Source: Batkoa obscura (lineage: Eukaryota). From it: a stretch of 64,000 bases of DNA. Positions 52,629 to 64,000 of this stretch are shown here, piece by piece (within the stretch, counting starts at the first letter, position 1; the number at the start of each line of letters is the position of its first letter). Position numbers and translations under genes: made by a program. Where the stretch lies: the NCBI GenBank assembly GCA_030770535.1, contig JASVEC010000023.1, positions 682,001-746,000 on the forward strand, given 5' to 3'. Under the pieces are notes generated by a model. That model ran no database searches. It was not told the origin of the DNA and saw only the letters and a program-made list of their open reading frames with translations.

Positions 52629-54689
52629 TATATATGTAATAATACTTTATCAAATCCATAATTAAAATTAAACAATAAACAATAAACAATAAACTTTAAA
52701 TAAATCAAAAATTATTAAAAGAATGATCAAAAATAGATTGAATGTTTTGAATGTAGTTAACTTTTTAACCCGATCTATTATAACCATTTAAAAAATTAAA
52801 TAAACTGAAGAAAATATTTTCAATAGTAATTTAAAACTTTTTATCAGAAATTAAAAATATTGAACAAAATATAAAAATTATACATTTTAATATAATACTT
52901 TTTTTTATGTATAATGCTAAGATTGTTGTGATACATAAAATTTTATTTAAATTTATGCATTTTTTGATCAAATCATAAAATTTCAATATTAGTCTTTTTG
53001 ATTTAATTTGTTTTAGTCAATTATTAGAAAAATATTTCATCCTTTGTTCAGTTTTTTATAATAATTATAACTAAAAATTTTGTATAATAATTTTTCTATA
53101 AATGTTCAAGTTTTTTGTCCAAAATAAAAATCATTTTGTATCTTTACTACTAATTTGTCAAAAAAATCAAGATTATCTATAAAAACTCTTACAAATATTA
53201 TTTACAGGTTTTTATTACAAAGTTAAAAATTTATTTAAAAGTTTATTTAGATTTGGAGCTTTTCAAAAAGTAGATAAAATACTAAAATAAAATCAATATA
53301 CTTGTGTACTTTAGTTTCAAACCTATTAGCTTCTATAGTAATATATGATTGTTTGCTTTTTGAACTATTGGTATTAAAACAAAACTTCAATTTAATATGT
53401 TTTGATATAGCTTTAAAAATATTAAAATTCTAGGCTTAAATATGCTGTTTAAAGTATTTTCAATACACTAGTATCATCATAGTAAAGTAAAGTTTTGTTA
53501 AATTAATTACTGTTTATTTTTGTCACGTTTAAATAAAAATGTTGGTGATGGGTGATATGATTAATTAAATAGAAGCAACTTTTTTCACAGGTTGAATCAT
53601 AATCAATTTGTATGATTTTGTATACCATAGGGGTGTCTTTAAGATATAATATAAAACTGCTTTGAACAACAATTGAATTAGTTAAATAAACCTATAAAAT
53701 TTATTAATAAAGCTATAACATGAGCTTATTGTAGAAATCATTTTTAAAAGCAGAAACGCTTTACCCTTTAATACTTTTATAGGATAATGAAATTGTTTAA
53801 TGAAAATAACAATTTTTTAAATTTTTATTCAAATTTTACTAAAGCTTTTGATCATCTAAGTAAACTTTTTACCATACAAAGCACTTTGCGGCAAAAAAAT
53901 AGTTTTAGAAATAATAACTGTTATTGGACACTAATATTAATTGATATTTACAAAAATATTAAACAAAATCTATCTTTTTTTATGTATAGTTTGATAAGAA
54001 GTATTGGTTGCAAAAACAAATAACATAAACTTTAATAAACTGATCAGTTATATTAAATTAAATAAGTTGAAATAAATTAAATAAAAATCATAGTTTATTT
54101 ATTCAGTTTATTATTCAGTTTATCTTATAGTATAACTGATAAAAAATAGTTGTTTACAAGTATAGTAATAACTCGTTTAAATCCTTATCCAATGATTAAG
54201 AAATTATATAGAAATTGGAATATTGATTGATTAAAGTAGTGATCTAAAGTAGTGTATATTTGATATTGTATAACATAGGATAGTTTATTAAAGCGTGCTT
54301 TTTATGAGGGGGAAGGGTTGAAATGAAAAAGGGAAGGTTGGGGTAATAGGTAAGATGCAAAAAACAAGTTTATTTTAATAAATTATCTTCCCAATTGTTG
54401 AAACGCCCGAATAAGCCAATAAAAATATCCTATTCGAACGAATAACGTGTCTTTATTTGATTATAGGTTGGATGGAAAATATTGGTGTCATTTCTCATTA
54501 CAGTGAACGGTTTGAGGATTACTAAAAGAAACTAATTTGACTGGAAAACTACTCATTATATCTCCTTTTTTTACTTTACAAAAATAACGGTATATAAACA
54601 AAGTATTTAAAAATATTTCAATTTTTTATAAAATTATTTCTATTACATTGTCAAATATATTTATAAAAATTTAGAATATAATAAACATA

Positions 54690-55733
54690 ATGAATAATAT
54701 CTCCAATAACTTTGACTGTGGCAGTAGTAATAATATCTTAAATGACAACTTAAACTCTTATTATTTTAATCAATATTCATCTTCAATTAATATATTGCCT
54801 CCTTCACTACCATACAAATCTACCGACAGTAATGATGGGATTAACAACATAAGCGAGTTCAGTAGTAATAAAGCTAATATGAACACATTCTCTTCTTTAC
54901 CATATGATCAACAACAGCCACTCAAGGTTGATATTAACGATTACACACAATTTGTCAACATGGATTTCTATGCTCACCCTGAAATGGCCAAAACGATAAG
55001 TGCTAGTGATAATTCTGAACCATCACCTAATTCTAATTCTTTCAATTCCCCAATATTTCAGAATGAGATTAATAATGGGAATTCATTGTTAAATAACTAT
55101 AATGCCAATATAAAATTGGAACTTAAAGAACAATTTAATGATTCATCATTACAGTTTGATAATAGTAACAAAGGAAATAGTGAATATTATAGTCAAGGCC
55201 AATTTACTACAATGCCTAGTTTAAAAACAATGAACAATAGTAGCAATGGTGCTATAAATAACTTTAATTTACTTAATAATGCTTCTACACCCACTTTGTC
55301 AAACAACATACCTAGTTCAATGGACTTATTAAACAATTATCCTTTAAATAACAATCCTCTATTCCATCCACGCTTAAACTACCCATCTTCAGCTTATCCT
55401 AATGGCTATTATAACTCAAATATGCTACAGACATGGCAAGATATGCTTACGAAAGGATATGGTAGTCACAGTAGTATGTTTGGATTAAACAATAGCAATC
55501 GCAAAACTTACTCTTTTGTTACTATGAACGCTACTAAAACACGTAAAAGACACCGTAGAAAACATGAAGAGATCGAAAGACTATATAAATGTACACATGC
55601 AAATTGCGATAAGTCATATGGTACGTTGAATAATTTGAATGCCCACATTACCATGCAAAAGCATGGGAATAAAAAGTCAGCGTTTGAGTTCAAAGCTATT
55701 CTAAGAAAGGCCAAATCCAAAGTTCTAAACTAA
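54690..55733 (+). CDS. Con7-type C2H2 transcription factor, paralog 8 (ZF8), closest to canonical Con7
   Basis: KTYSFV...KRHRRKHEEIERLYKCTHANCDKSYGTLNNLNAHITMQKHGNKKSAFEFKAILRK; long Asn/Ser-rich N-terminus. Confidence 0.92.
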   Translation: MNNISNNFDCGSSNNILNDNLNSYYFNQYSSSINILPPSLPYKSTDSNDGINNISEFSSNKANMNTFSSLPYDQQQPLKVDINDYTQFVNMDFYAHPEMAKTISASDNSEPSPNSNSFNSPIFQNEINNGNSLLNNYNANIKLELKEQFNDSSLQFDNSNKGNSEYYSQGQFTTMPSLKTMNNSSNGAINNFNLLNNASTPTLSNNIPSSMDLLNNYPLNNNPLFHPRLNYPSSAYPNGYYNSNMLQTWQDMLTKGYGSHSSMFGLNNSNRKTYSFVTMNATKTRKRHRRKHEEIERLYKCTHANCDKSYGTLNNLNAHITMQKHGNKKSAFEFKAILRKAKSKVLN

Positions 55734-58251
55734 TCGAACTTATAAATTTTGTCCTCTGTATTCAAGTTTTTATTATATATTTAAATTAACCTTTGATAAA
55801 CATCTCCTTATTTTTTGTTTAAAAAATAAAATTATTTTTTGTAATTTTTGATTTTGCTTTGCCGTCATATGTATAGTTACTTATTTTGCTTTCTATATCT
55901 CCTTTTTTAAATATCCTTATTTCCTGTTTTATAAAACAAAATGAAGGATAAAATCAATAATATTTGACACTATTGAATTTTGATTCTAAGATTATTATCT
56001 GTTTCTTAAGCGAATACTTGAGACACTTATTTTTTCGATAACATCATTACTGTGACATGAATTCATATATATATTATATGAGATATCCTATCTGAGTACT
56101 TTTAAGTGTAAACTCGATATATATATTTAACTCCTTTATTATTGAATTGTGTTATTACAAGCTTTTGTTTGTTTACTTCATCAAAGTAAGCATTCTTTTA
56201 GTAATACACCCTAACTTACCTCGGCTTTTTTATTACGCTTATAAACCTAATTGGTGTCAGTTATTAAAAAGATTGAAAATTTGTTGCAGAAAAATAATGT
56301 ATAAGTATTACATTGTGATATTACAAAAATAGTTCAAATAACTTCTTAGATTATGAAAATCAAAAAAGTGAATGATCAATATTTAGTTATCATAAAGTAA
56401 AATGATATAGCATAGTTTCCAGCTTAGTTTATTTATTGTTATTTTAAAACTTATTTACTATTTTATGCAAAATATTGACATTAAAAATCCCTTAATCACA
56501 CGAATCATCTAATAATGATTATTTAGTAAAGTATTTGTGTGCATCGCATTCCAAGATTTAAAAAATCTCTTAAATCGTAAAATTTAATTTGACTTTTACG
56601 ATATTATATTTTTATATTCGTATATTTTTCATAATAGCAAATATTTCACAAGGTTTAATACCTTATCAATCAATCAAGCTATATAAAATACAAAACCTAA
56701 AATAATATCACTAGAAAAAAAACAATTAAGGGCTAACTAGACTTAATGAGGGACTTACATGCAGGTTTTTGTAATTTTAAAAAACTCGAAGCTTAATTAG
56801 TATCATCCTTTTGACTATAAAGTATCTAATTAGTTAGAATTTATTTGATAAGGGCGAAGACTGGTGGAGAAAAGAATAAGGCAAAGCTTATATGAATACC
56901 TGAAGCTTAGGAGGAAAGTACTAGGAACTTAAATTACACCAAAAGATAGGTGATAAACAAATGAGACCATATATGTTAAAGTTTATTGCTAATAGTAAAG
57001 ATTTAGTTTAAAAATCCAAATTCCTACATTTATACCCCTTTTTTACCTTTTTGTCTATCTTTTTACCCAAAGTATAAACAGTTTCTTTTACTTTATTTAG
57101 ATAGAATCCCTTCTAAAGCTTTAATTAAAAAGTTGAAACTATATGAAGGGCGTATACTACATTTATCAATAAATTTGTCCTTCTAAAAATATTTACTGGG
57201 TAAAACAATTTTAAAATTAAATTAATGTTCTATTTTTTCTGTTTTTTTTGCCTTTAGTTTTTAGTGAAATTAACAGAATTGATTTTTTACTATTGTAGGT
57301 CTTTTGCTATTTTAGCAGTAATTTTTAAAGCTATTTATATAACCAAAGCTTTTATTACCTAATCCTTATTTTATGAGCAAATACAAGCATAAATTTTTTG
57401 CTTAAATAGTCAGTTGATTTGATCATAAAAAGGCAGCAGCAGCTGTATTATTTAATTTCTAGGAAATAACATTTAGCTTAAAACCGATATCATCATGATA
57501 TTGTTAAATAAGCCTGAAAGAAGGGTCTAAAGTCATGACATAGGCTTTTAAACTTACTTAATAAACCACTTGGGAGCTTCGTACTCATAACTTTTAAATA
57601 TATCAAATAGTTATTTCTTAGTTTGTAATTAAAGTTACTTTACTAATTTCACATATGATGGATATAATAAACTTATTGATACTATTTTTACAGGTATTGC
57701 TTTTGTTGAATATAGTTTTTGATTATTTTATAATTGGCTATATTAATTAAATAAGATAGTATATTAAAAAAAGAATTATTATTTATTAGACTTTTTTGGC
57801 TTATTTTTTTTTGGACAAATCCAAAACTACAAAATCTCGGATTGCGGCAGTAAGCTATTTTAAAGTAACATAGATTTGTCTTCAGGTACTAAGATACTTT
57901 ACTGCTGTAACTAATAGTATCGTCTACTTTTTGTTACAAAAATAGAAACTTAGGTATTAAAAAAATAAAGCTTAATAAATACATGTGAACTGCTTTACAA
58001 TAAATAAATTTAATGAGTAATACAAACCTGAAATGTTTTGTTATTAATATAGATATTAAATACTTTCTCATGTTTATCGATTCGATAAATAAATTATTTG
58101 AGACCTCGTGCCTTTCGATTTTAAAGGAAATTAAATACTTAAATTAGAGACTTGGAGGGATGAATTTATTAATAGGGGAACTCTAGTAAAGCTGCATTTG
58201 TCTCAAGCAGATTTTTACTTCTAAAAGAGGCATAAAAGGGAAATAAATATA

Positions 58252-58351
58252 TGGGAGTGTTTTTTTGACTTCATTATTTTTTCCATTTTTTAAGCGCTAT
58301 TTAAGCGGAAAATTTGTCAGTAAAATTCTTAAACACAAAAATACATCCCCA
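58252..58351 (-). mobile_element. MITE copy
   Basis: Matches consensus; TA/TA flanks. Confidence 0.9.
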
Positions 58352-59784
58352 TATCATGCTTTTAGTTTCAGAGTACTGCTTATCGATGTATGAGGCAAAG
58401 GGATTAAAGGCGAGGGAGGAGGAAGCAGTGTGATTAGACTGAAAAATTTTAAAACTTTTGTGAGTGGTTAAAATACTGATTGAAAAAAAGCAGAGCATTC
58501 TAAGTCAAGGGTATATTACTTAAATCTCTAAAAACCTCTGATTAAATCAGTAAACAACTGAATAAATCAGGTGAGTGCGTTAGAAGTGTTTGTTAGTAAA
58601 AAAAACTGGAGTTAAATGATAGAGGTATAAGAATAAAATAATTGGGGAGAAGGTGTTAATATCTATATCTATATTTAAAATATCAAATTTTTAAAATTTA
58701 AGTATTTCATTTTGCAACAAAGTATATAAAAACGTTTGGCACTAAAAGACAAAAATATTACATGAAAGTAGTGTCAAGCTTTTACCCTTGATATTTATTT
58801 TAATCTAAAACAAATCTGAATTCATATGAGTATAATGGATTTGAGTTTACTATGATACTAATGCACGCCTTCATTTGCTTTGCTTAACATTAAAAAGTAA
58901 AATAGAAAACACATTATACATGAACTGACTCAGAATAATAAATTATGTATATTTTTGAAAATTATGTCATGTACTGATATGGAGATTAGATAGATAAAAG
59001 GATCGATCTTATATTAATTTTTTAATATTTGATACTTTAAAGTTGTACCATTTATTTAGTTAAAAATGGAAATAACCTCATTAAATTAGTTAAATTAATG
59101 GTTTATAAATATAACCTTTTCCGTCTTTTCTTAATTTTCCCAATTATGACACAAATTTGTTTTGTATTTGCATATATATTTATATCCATACACTTTATTA
59201 AACTAAGCCTAGACCATTTGATTAATTTTTACAATATAAAGTTAATTCATAAAGCTAATGAAATTTGAATACATTACATAGCCAGGGAGATACGAGAATG
59301 CTGCATTACAACATCAAAATCATCATTTACTCAATAATCAAGGTGGGGTATCAATAAACACCAAATTAAATATCTACATTATGCTAAGCTATTAGTTCAT
59401 TACATATAATTTGCTATTTTTAACTAAGAGGCTATATTAATCAGTTTTCTATTTTAAGTTATATCTCCTCTGTCATTGATATAATATCTAGATTCTAAAC
59501 GCTGGGCTGGATCCATTTACAGTAAACTATGATTTTCCAAACCCAGCTAACTCTTACTAACATTTAAAGTAATTTGTAGTTAGTATAATATATTATTTGT
59601 ATATTTTAAATATACAATTAAATTGTTTTTTCATAAACTTGTGCTATAAGCATTAAAGCACAGCTCTGAAAAAGCAATATACAATCTATAATAAAGTACA
59701 TTTAGTATTCGTGCTTTGAACATAATAAATTTGTTAACATATTTAACAAGTGTTCTTATTATCTGACATTTGATATTTAACATT

Positions 59785-59873
59785 TGGGATGTCTTTTTGT
59801 ATGGGAAATTTATTAATATTTTTCCCCTTAATAGCACAAAAATAGAAAAAATGATAAACCAAAAAACGCCTTA
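59785..59873 (+). mobile_element. MITE copy (degenerate)
   Basis: TGGGATGTCTTTTTGT...AATAGAAAAAATGATAAACCAAAAAACGCC. Confidence 0.62.
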
Positions 59874-60205
59874 TTTAATTATTTAAACTAAGATTTTATT
59901 GTCCTAATATTTGCAAATTATTTTAAAAGTTGCTAAAAGTTGAATTTAACCACTTGGGTATTGTAGATCTACTCACTAAATTTTTGTAGAGTAAAATTAA
60001 ACTATGAATATCCCTTATCAAATTAGCCTTAGCTAGGACAAGATCGTTCTTCAATAACTAAAAGGTAGATCAAAACCCTTATCTAATTTAAGAGAACTTT
60101 TTTAAGACATTCGATACTCAAAGAGTTGATTTTAGCGACCTTATTCTGTAATTGACTCGTATTATAAACCATACAACTTAAATTTTATATATCATAGATT
60201 ACATA

Positions 60206-60301
60206 TAAGCTGTTTTTTTTTAATTTAATCCATTTTCCATTTTTCAAGAGCTATTTGAGTAAAATAATAATAATAAATTTAAACAAAAAGATACATCTCC
60301 A
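60206..60301 (-). mobile_element. MITE copy (degenerate)
   Basis: TTTTCCATTTTTCAAGAGCTATTTGAGT...AAACAAAAAGATACATCTCCA. Confidence 0.68.
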
Positions 60302-60697
60302 TATGATGTTCTATTACTTTATGAAATATTCATGAAAACTTATCTCATGTTTTACTTTTTTGATAACTTTATCCAAATACAGATGATTTATAAAGTACTT
60401 TCTGAGTGCTTTATAAACCCTGCTATACAATCAACCCTTGTTAAACTGCTACATATAAATGTCATACAAACTTTGTATAAATGATTTTTTAACTAATTTT
60501 TAAAAAATTTAGGTATACAGCTGTTGCAGCTTTTTTATAAACAATAGTAGTGATTTTTATGGTTAATTAATTTTACAACTGATTTCTTCAAATTTTGTTC
60601 CTACATTTATAAAACTTCAATGAATTTTACTCAAATCAGTCACTAAACAGTTAGAAAAAGATTTGTAACTGTTGTAAACTTTGACAAAAATAATACA

Positions 60698-60792
60698 TGG
60701 GGACGTGTTTTTATTAACAATTTTGCTAACAATTTTTCCACTCAAATAATACTTAAAAAAACAGAAAAAGTGAAATTAAAAAAATATTCCCA
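60698..60792 (+). mobile_element. MITE copy
   Basis: TGGGGACGTG...CTAACAATTTTTCCACTCAAATA...ATTCCCA; flanks CA/TA. Confidence 0.78.
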
Positions 60793-62715
60793 TATGTTTT
60801 TTTAATGAGAATTTGGATGAAGTTTATTCAAAGTTTATGCTTCATAAAAGGTGGACAAAACACTAAAGTAAAAAAACATTCTAAACTATTAGAAATGACC
60901 ATTCAATGTATAGCTAAACTTCCTTTCAAGCTATTTGATCAAAAATGAACACTTTAGTTATAAAGGTCCTATTTAATATATATATTAATAAGGCTTAAAG
61001 CCGAAATGCTGAATGAAGACCGTAATACGACTAAATCTCATCTCATTCGCTATATCCTCCTTCTCAAAGCTAGCCTTAAATTTTAAATACCTCTAATTCC
61101 CCAAATGAAATTCTTGGCAGATACTAATTTAATATATTTTTTAAACTTACTCAATTTAGAATTGTTCGATTAAATTGATTTGTTAATTTAGTGGAAATAT
61201 TAGAAGTTATTAACAAGAAATAATTTTGTATTTAAAATATATGCTACTCATTGATACTCATTTTGCTTTGATCTTTATAATTAATATATATTACATACTA
61301 GGCTTGATTTAAAGTATACCTTTACTTAAATCCAAATACAAAATAACTTGAAGCTAATTTGACTATTAGGAAAAGTTAATAAATATTGATTTTTTGGTGT
61401 AACTTTTCTACTTCTCGCAGATTCAAATTTACATTTGAAGGCAATTTACTCTTCAGAAAAAAATAAGGAGCATTGAATTCAATAGGTAAAGTTTGATGAA
61501 TTTTTGTCATATGGGGAACACTACAGTACCCATCTATACCGTAAAATAACCTTTTAATTTTAGCATTTTATGTTAGTTGAGCATTTTAATGTATACATAG
61601 CTGTATCCTTTGATTCTAGTTAAAGCCTTGACTTTAAAGTGATAAAGTATCATTTGCTTTTGAAAAATAAGGATATGTTTAGTCAAAATACATATCAATA
61701 TATTGACTAAAAATATATGTGTTTAAGATGATATAATTTTTCTACTTTTATTTATATAATGTTATATAGCTACAATATATCATAAAAGTAATGACCCATA
61801 AATTTATTATTCAAGTGCGGGTATAATCTATCCTGAGTTTATAAAAACAATAAATGGTTCATCTTGTATTTTAATACTTAAATAAAAGAATGGAATAGTT
61901 TTCTATGGAAAGTTTAAAAATTCAATTAATTTATTATTAGCATTATGTCATGAAAATAATAAAATTAGTACTAGCAACTGAGCTAAGAGTACACAATAAT
62001 TAAAATATAATAAGAACAACGAAAAGTAATTAAAGTAATAATTAATGACAAGCTATATTTCACTTTTATATTTAAGTCCAAATACTTAAGATCCTAATTT
62101 AAAATATCATTTATGAGCATTTGTAATTCAAAAATGAATTAATATTAAGACTGATCCTTTTCATTGTATAATCATATATTTAATTAAAATCTATATTAGT
62201 TCTATTTTCCCAAAGTAAATTAAATTTTACTCTTCAAAATTAAACTGAAGTTAAATTAAGATTTATATTGAAAAGTACATTTTACAAAAATAAGGCATTA
62301 AACATTTTCGCACTAAAATAGTAGCTTAAGATTAAAATAGAAGCCAAAAATTAACTACTTCAAAGGCAAATAGATTTTTAGTAAGTTTAATCCCTATAAT
62401 TGGAATAATGCAAATTCACCAAGTGACTAATAACCAGATGATTTTGCACCATAAAATTCTCATCCTTTCGAAAAAAATCCAAATTAAATTTATAATCTCG
62501 CTACAATCTAAGTACTTTGAGTCCTTTATTCCATTAAACTTTCTAAAATAGTTAATAGATGGCAAAACATTAAACTAATCTTAAAATAACAATAACAATT
62601 AATAAATGATAAATATTACTTCATAAAAGCACTATTTTATAATCTGAATGACCATCCTAAAACATATAAATATGTGTAAAATTCATTTCTGACTATTATT
62701 TTATTTCCAATCCAA

Positions 62716-63270
62716 ATGTCAAATTCAAATAATAGCTCTTTACCTAACGAATACATAAGTTCCCCAAATGATTTGAATTATTTAGCAAAGAATACAAAAT
62801 CATATGTAAATGAGTTTTATCCCGTCGAGCCAAAAAGAACATCAAGTTATGAAAGATTACCACCTATCTCACAATTGATTACAAATCCAGTTCCTGTCCT
62901 TCCACCTTCTTCTGAGCTAATATCCGAAGTAGAAAAGCGTGAGCGTAGCCAAGTTCCAAACTTTAATGGCTACAATCATTATTATGATCCATTTAATATG
63001 CAGCCTATGATGTATAGTCACCCATACTTTAGAAATTCTATGCCAAAGCCAAAACAAACAACTAAACGTTTAAGAAGAAAGTATGATGAGATAGTTAGAT
63101 TATACAAATGTAATTATGGTACTTGTTCAAAATCTTATGGCACCCTAAATCACTTAAACTGTCATATCCAGTTACAAAACCATGGTAAAAAAAGATCCCC
63201 AAATGAATTTAGGTTTTTAATAAGGGAAGACAGCAAAGAAGATGAAAAAATTGAACCAAGCTTCAATTAA
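62716..63270 (+). CDS. Con7-type C2H2 transcription factor, paralog 9 (ZF9)
   Basis: KRLRRKYDEIVRLYKCNYGTCSKSYGTLNHLNCHIQLQNHGKKRSPNEFR; RLPPISQLI motif. Confidence 0.92.
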   Translation: MSNSNNSSLPNEYISSPNDLNYLAKNTKSYVNEFYPVEPKRTSSYERLPPISQLITNPVPVLPPSSELISEVEKRERSQVPNFNGYNHYYDPFNMQPMMYSHPYFRNSMPKPKQTTKRLRRKYDEIVRLYKCNYGTCSKSYGTLNHLNCHIQLQNHGKKRSPNEFRFLIREDSKEDEKIEPSFN

Positions 63271-64000
63271 CACTCACATTTTAAATTTTAACTACTCAGC
63301 TCTTTTATAAATATCTTCTCCAATTTTATTGCATTTGCATTTTAAAATTATTATACTAATAAAAGTTTTTCTCTTTTTACTGAAGCTGTAACTTTGCTAA
63401 ACAATATATTAGACAAATTCTTTATTTGCATATTTCCCTTTGTAGAATTTCTAATTATACTGTATAGTGAATATAGTATTACAGATATTTGTGATAGAAT
63501 GATACATTTACATTTTTATTCTATAATACATTATTGGCCTGATTACAGCTTTAATTAATTATAAACGATCTTTAATTTCCAATTTAAAACCAATATAATT
63601 AATCATTCAAAAAATATTAAATGCAATATCCTAATAAATAAAGAAACGATTCCACATTTAAAGGGCGGGAGCAAAAGTACTATTTTAAAAAACATAATTT
63701 TTGTATAATATAAATATTTAAATAATATTATAAATCTTATCTCCATTTTTTAAAGAGGTTTAGGGGTTAATAAAAAGATAATCATCAGTCGGTAACTGTT
63801 AATAATAATGCATGCACCTTTGTATACTGTTCCGTGAATTATACAAGAATAACTAGATAATTAAACAAGTAAATATTTTAAACAGTTGCTTCATTGAAGA
63901 TTATATTATGAGCAGCAATAATTAGTCTATTGAATATGAAGTCTATAATACTATTCCTACTAATTAAAAATAATGTTAATTATAAAGCCTGTATTGAATT

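Noticed and set aside
17325..59837. Short ORFs at 17325, 49592, 50383, 51852, 58301 and 59631, plus 31504, 36202, 53787, 55508 and 56147
   Set aside because: They run through MITE or LTR-like repeats, overlap the TF genes, or are chance AT-rich frames.
60361..60460. Minus-strand peptide SLTRVDCIAGFIKHS resembling the C-terminus of Tc1-like transposases
   Set aside because: Too short, bounded by stops, and no upstream DDE motifs recognisable.

Overview
Very AT-rich eukaryotic, fungal-type DNA with short GT-AG introns. An early-diverging fungus such as a Conidiobolus relative is plausible, but that is inference only. The window has three zones. (1) 1-10 kb is a dense block of intron-containing genes: 3' part of a MYST (Sas3/KAT6-7-type) acetyltransferase, an O-methyltransferase, FCP1 CTD phosphatase, a 77-aa PIGBOS1-like microprotein missed by the ORF track, and glucosidase II beta. 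(2) 10.8-15.7 kb holds three tandem intronless Ser/Thr-rich, probably GPI-anchored surface proteins, one with 17 x 33-bp repeats. (3) 19-63.3 kb is the main find: an uninterrupted array of nine intronless, strongly diverged Con7-type single-C2H2-finger transcription factor genes separated by 1.5-7.5 kb of non-coding DNA. They vary at DNA-recognition-helix positions and mostly share LP[S/P][I/L] repressor-like motifs. Spacers carry at least 23 copies of a ~100-bp TG..CA MITE with 2-bp TSDs, absent from the ~1.8 kb (or whole spacer) upstream of every TF gene. A nest of three ~400-460-bp solo-LTR-like elements includes two that form a 402-bp perfect inverted repeat with ~23% diverged outer ends. 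All alignments were done by eye.
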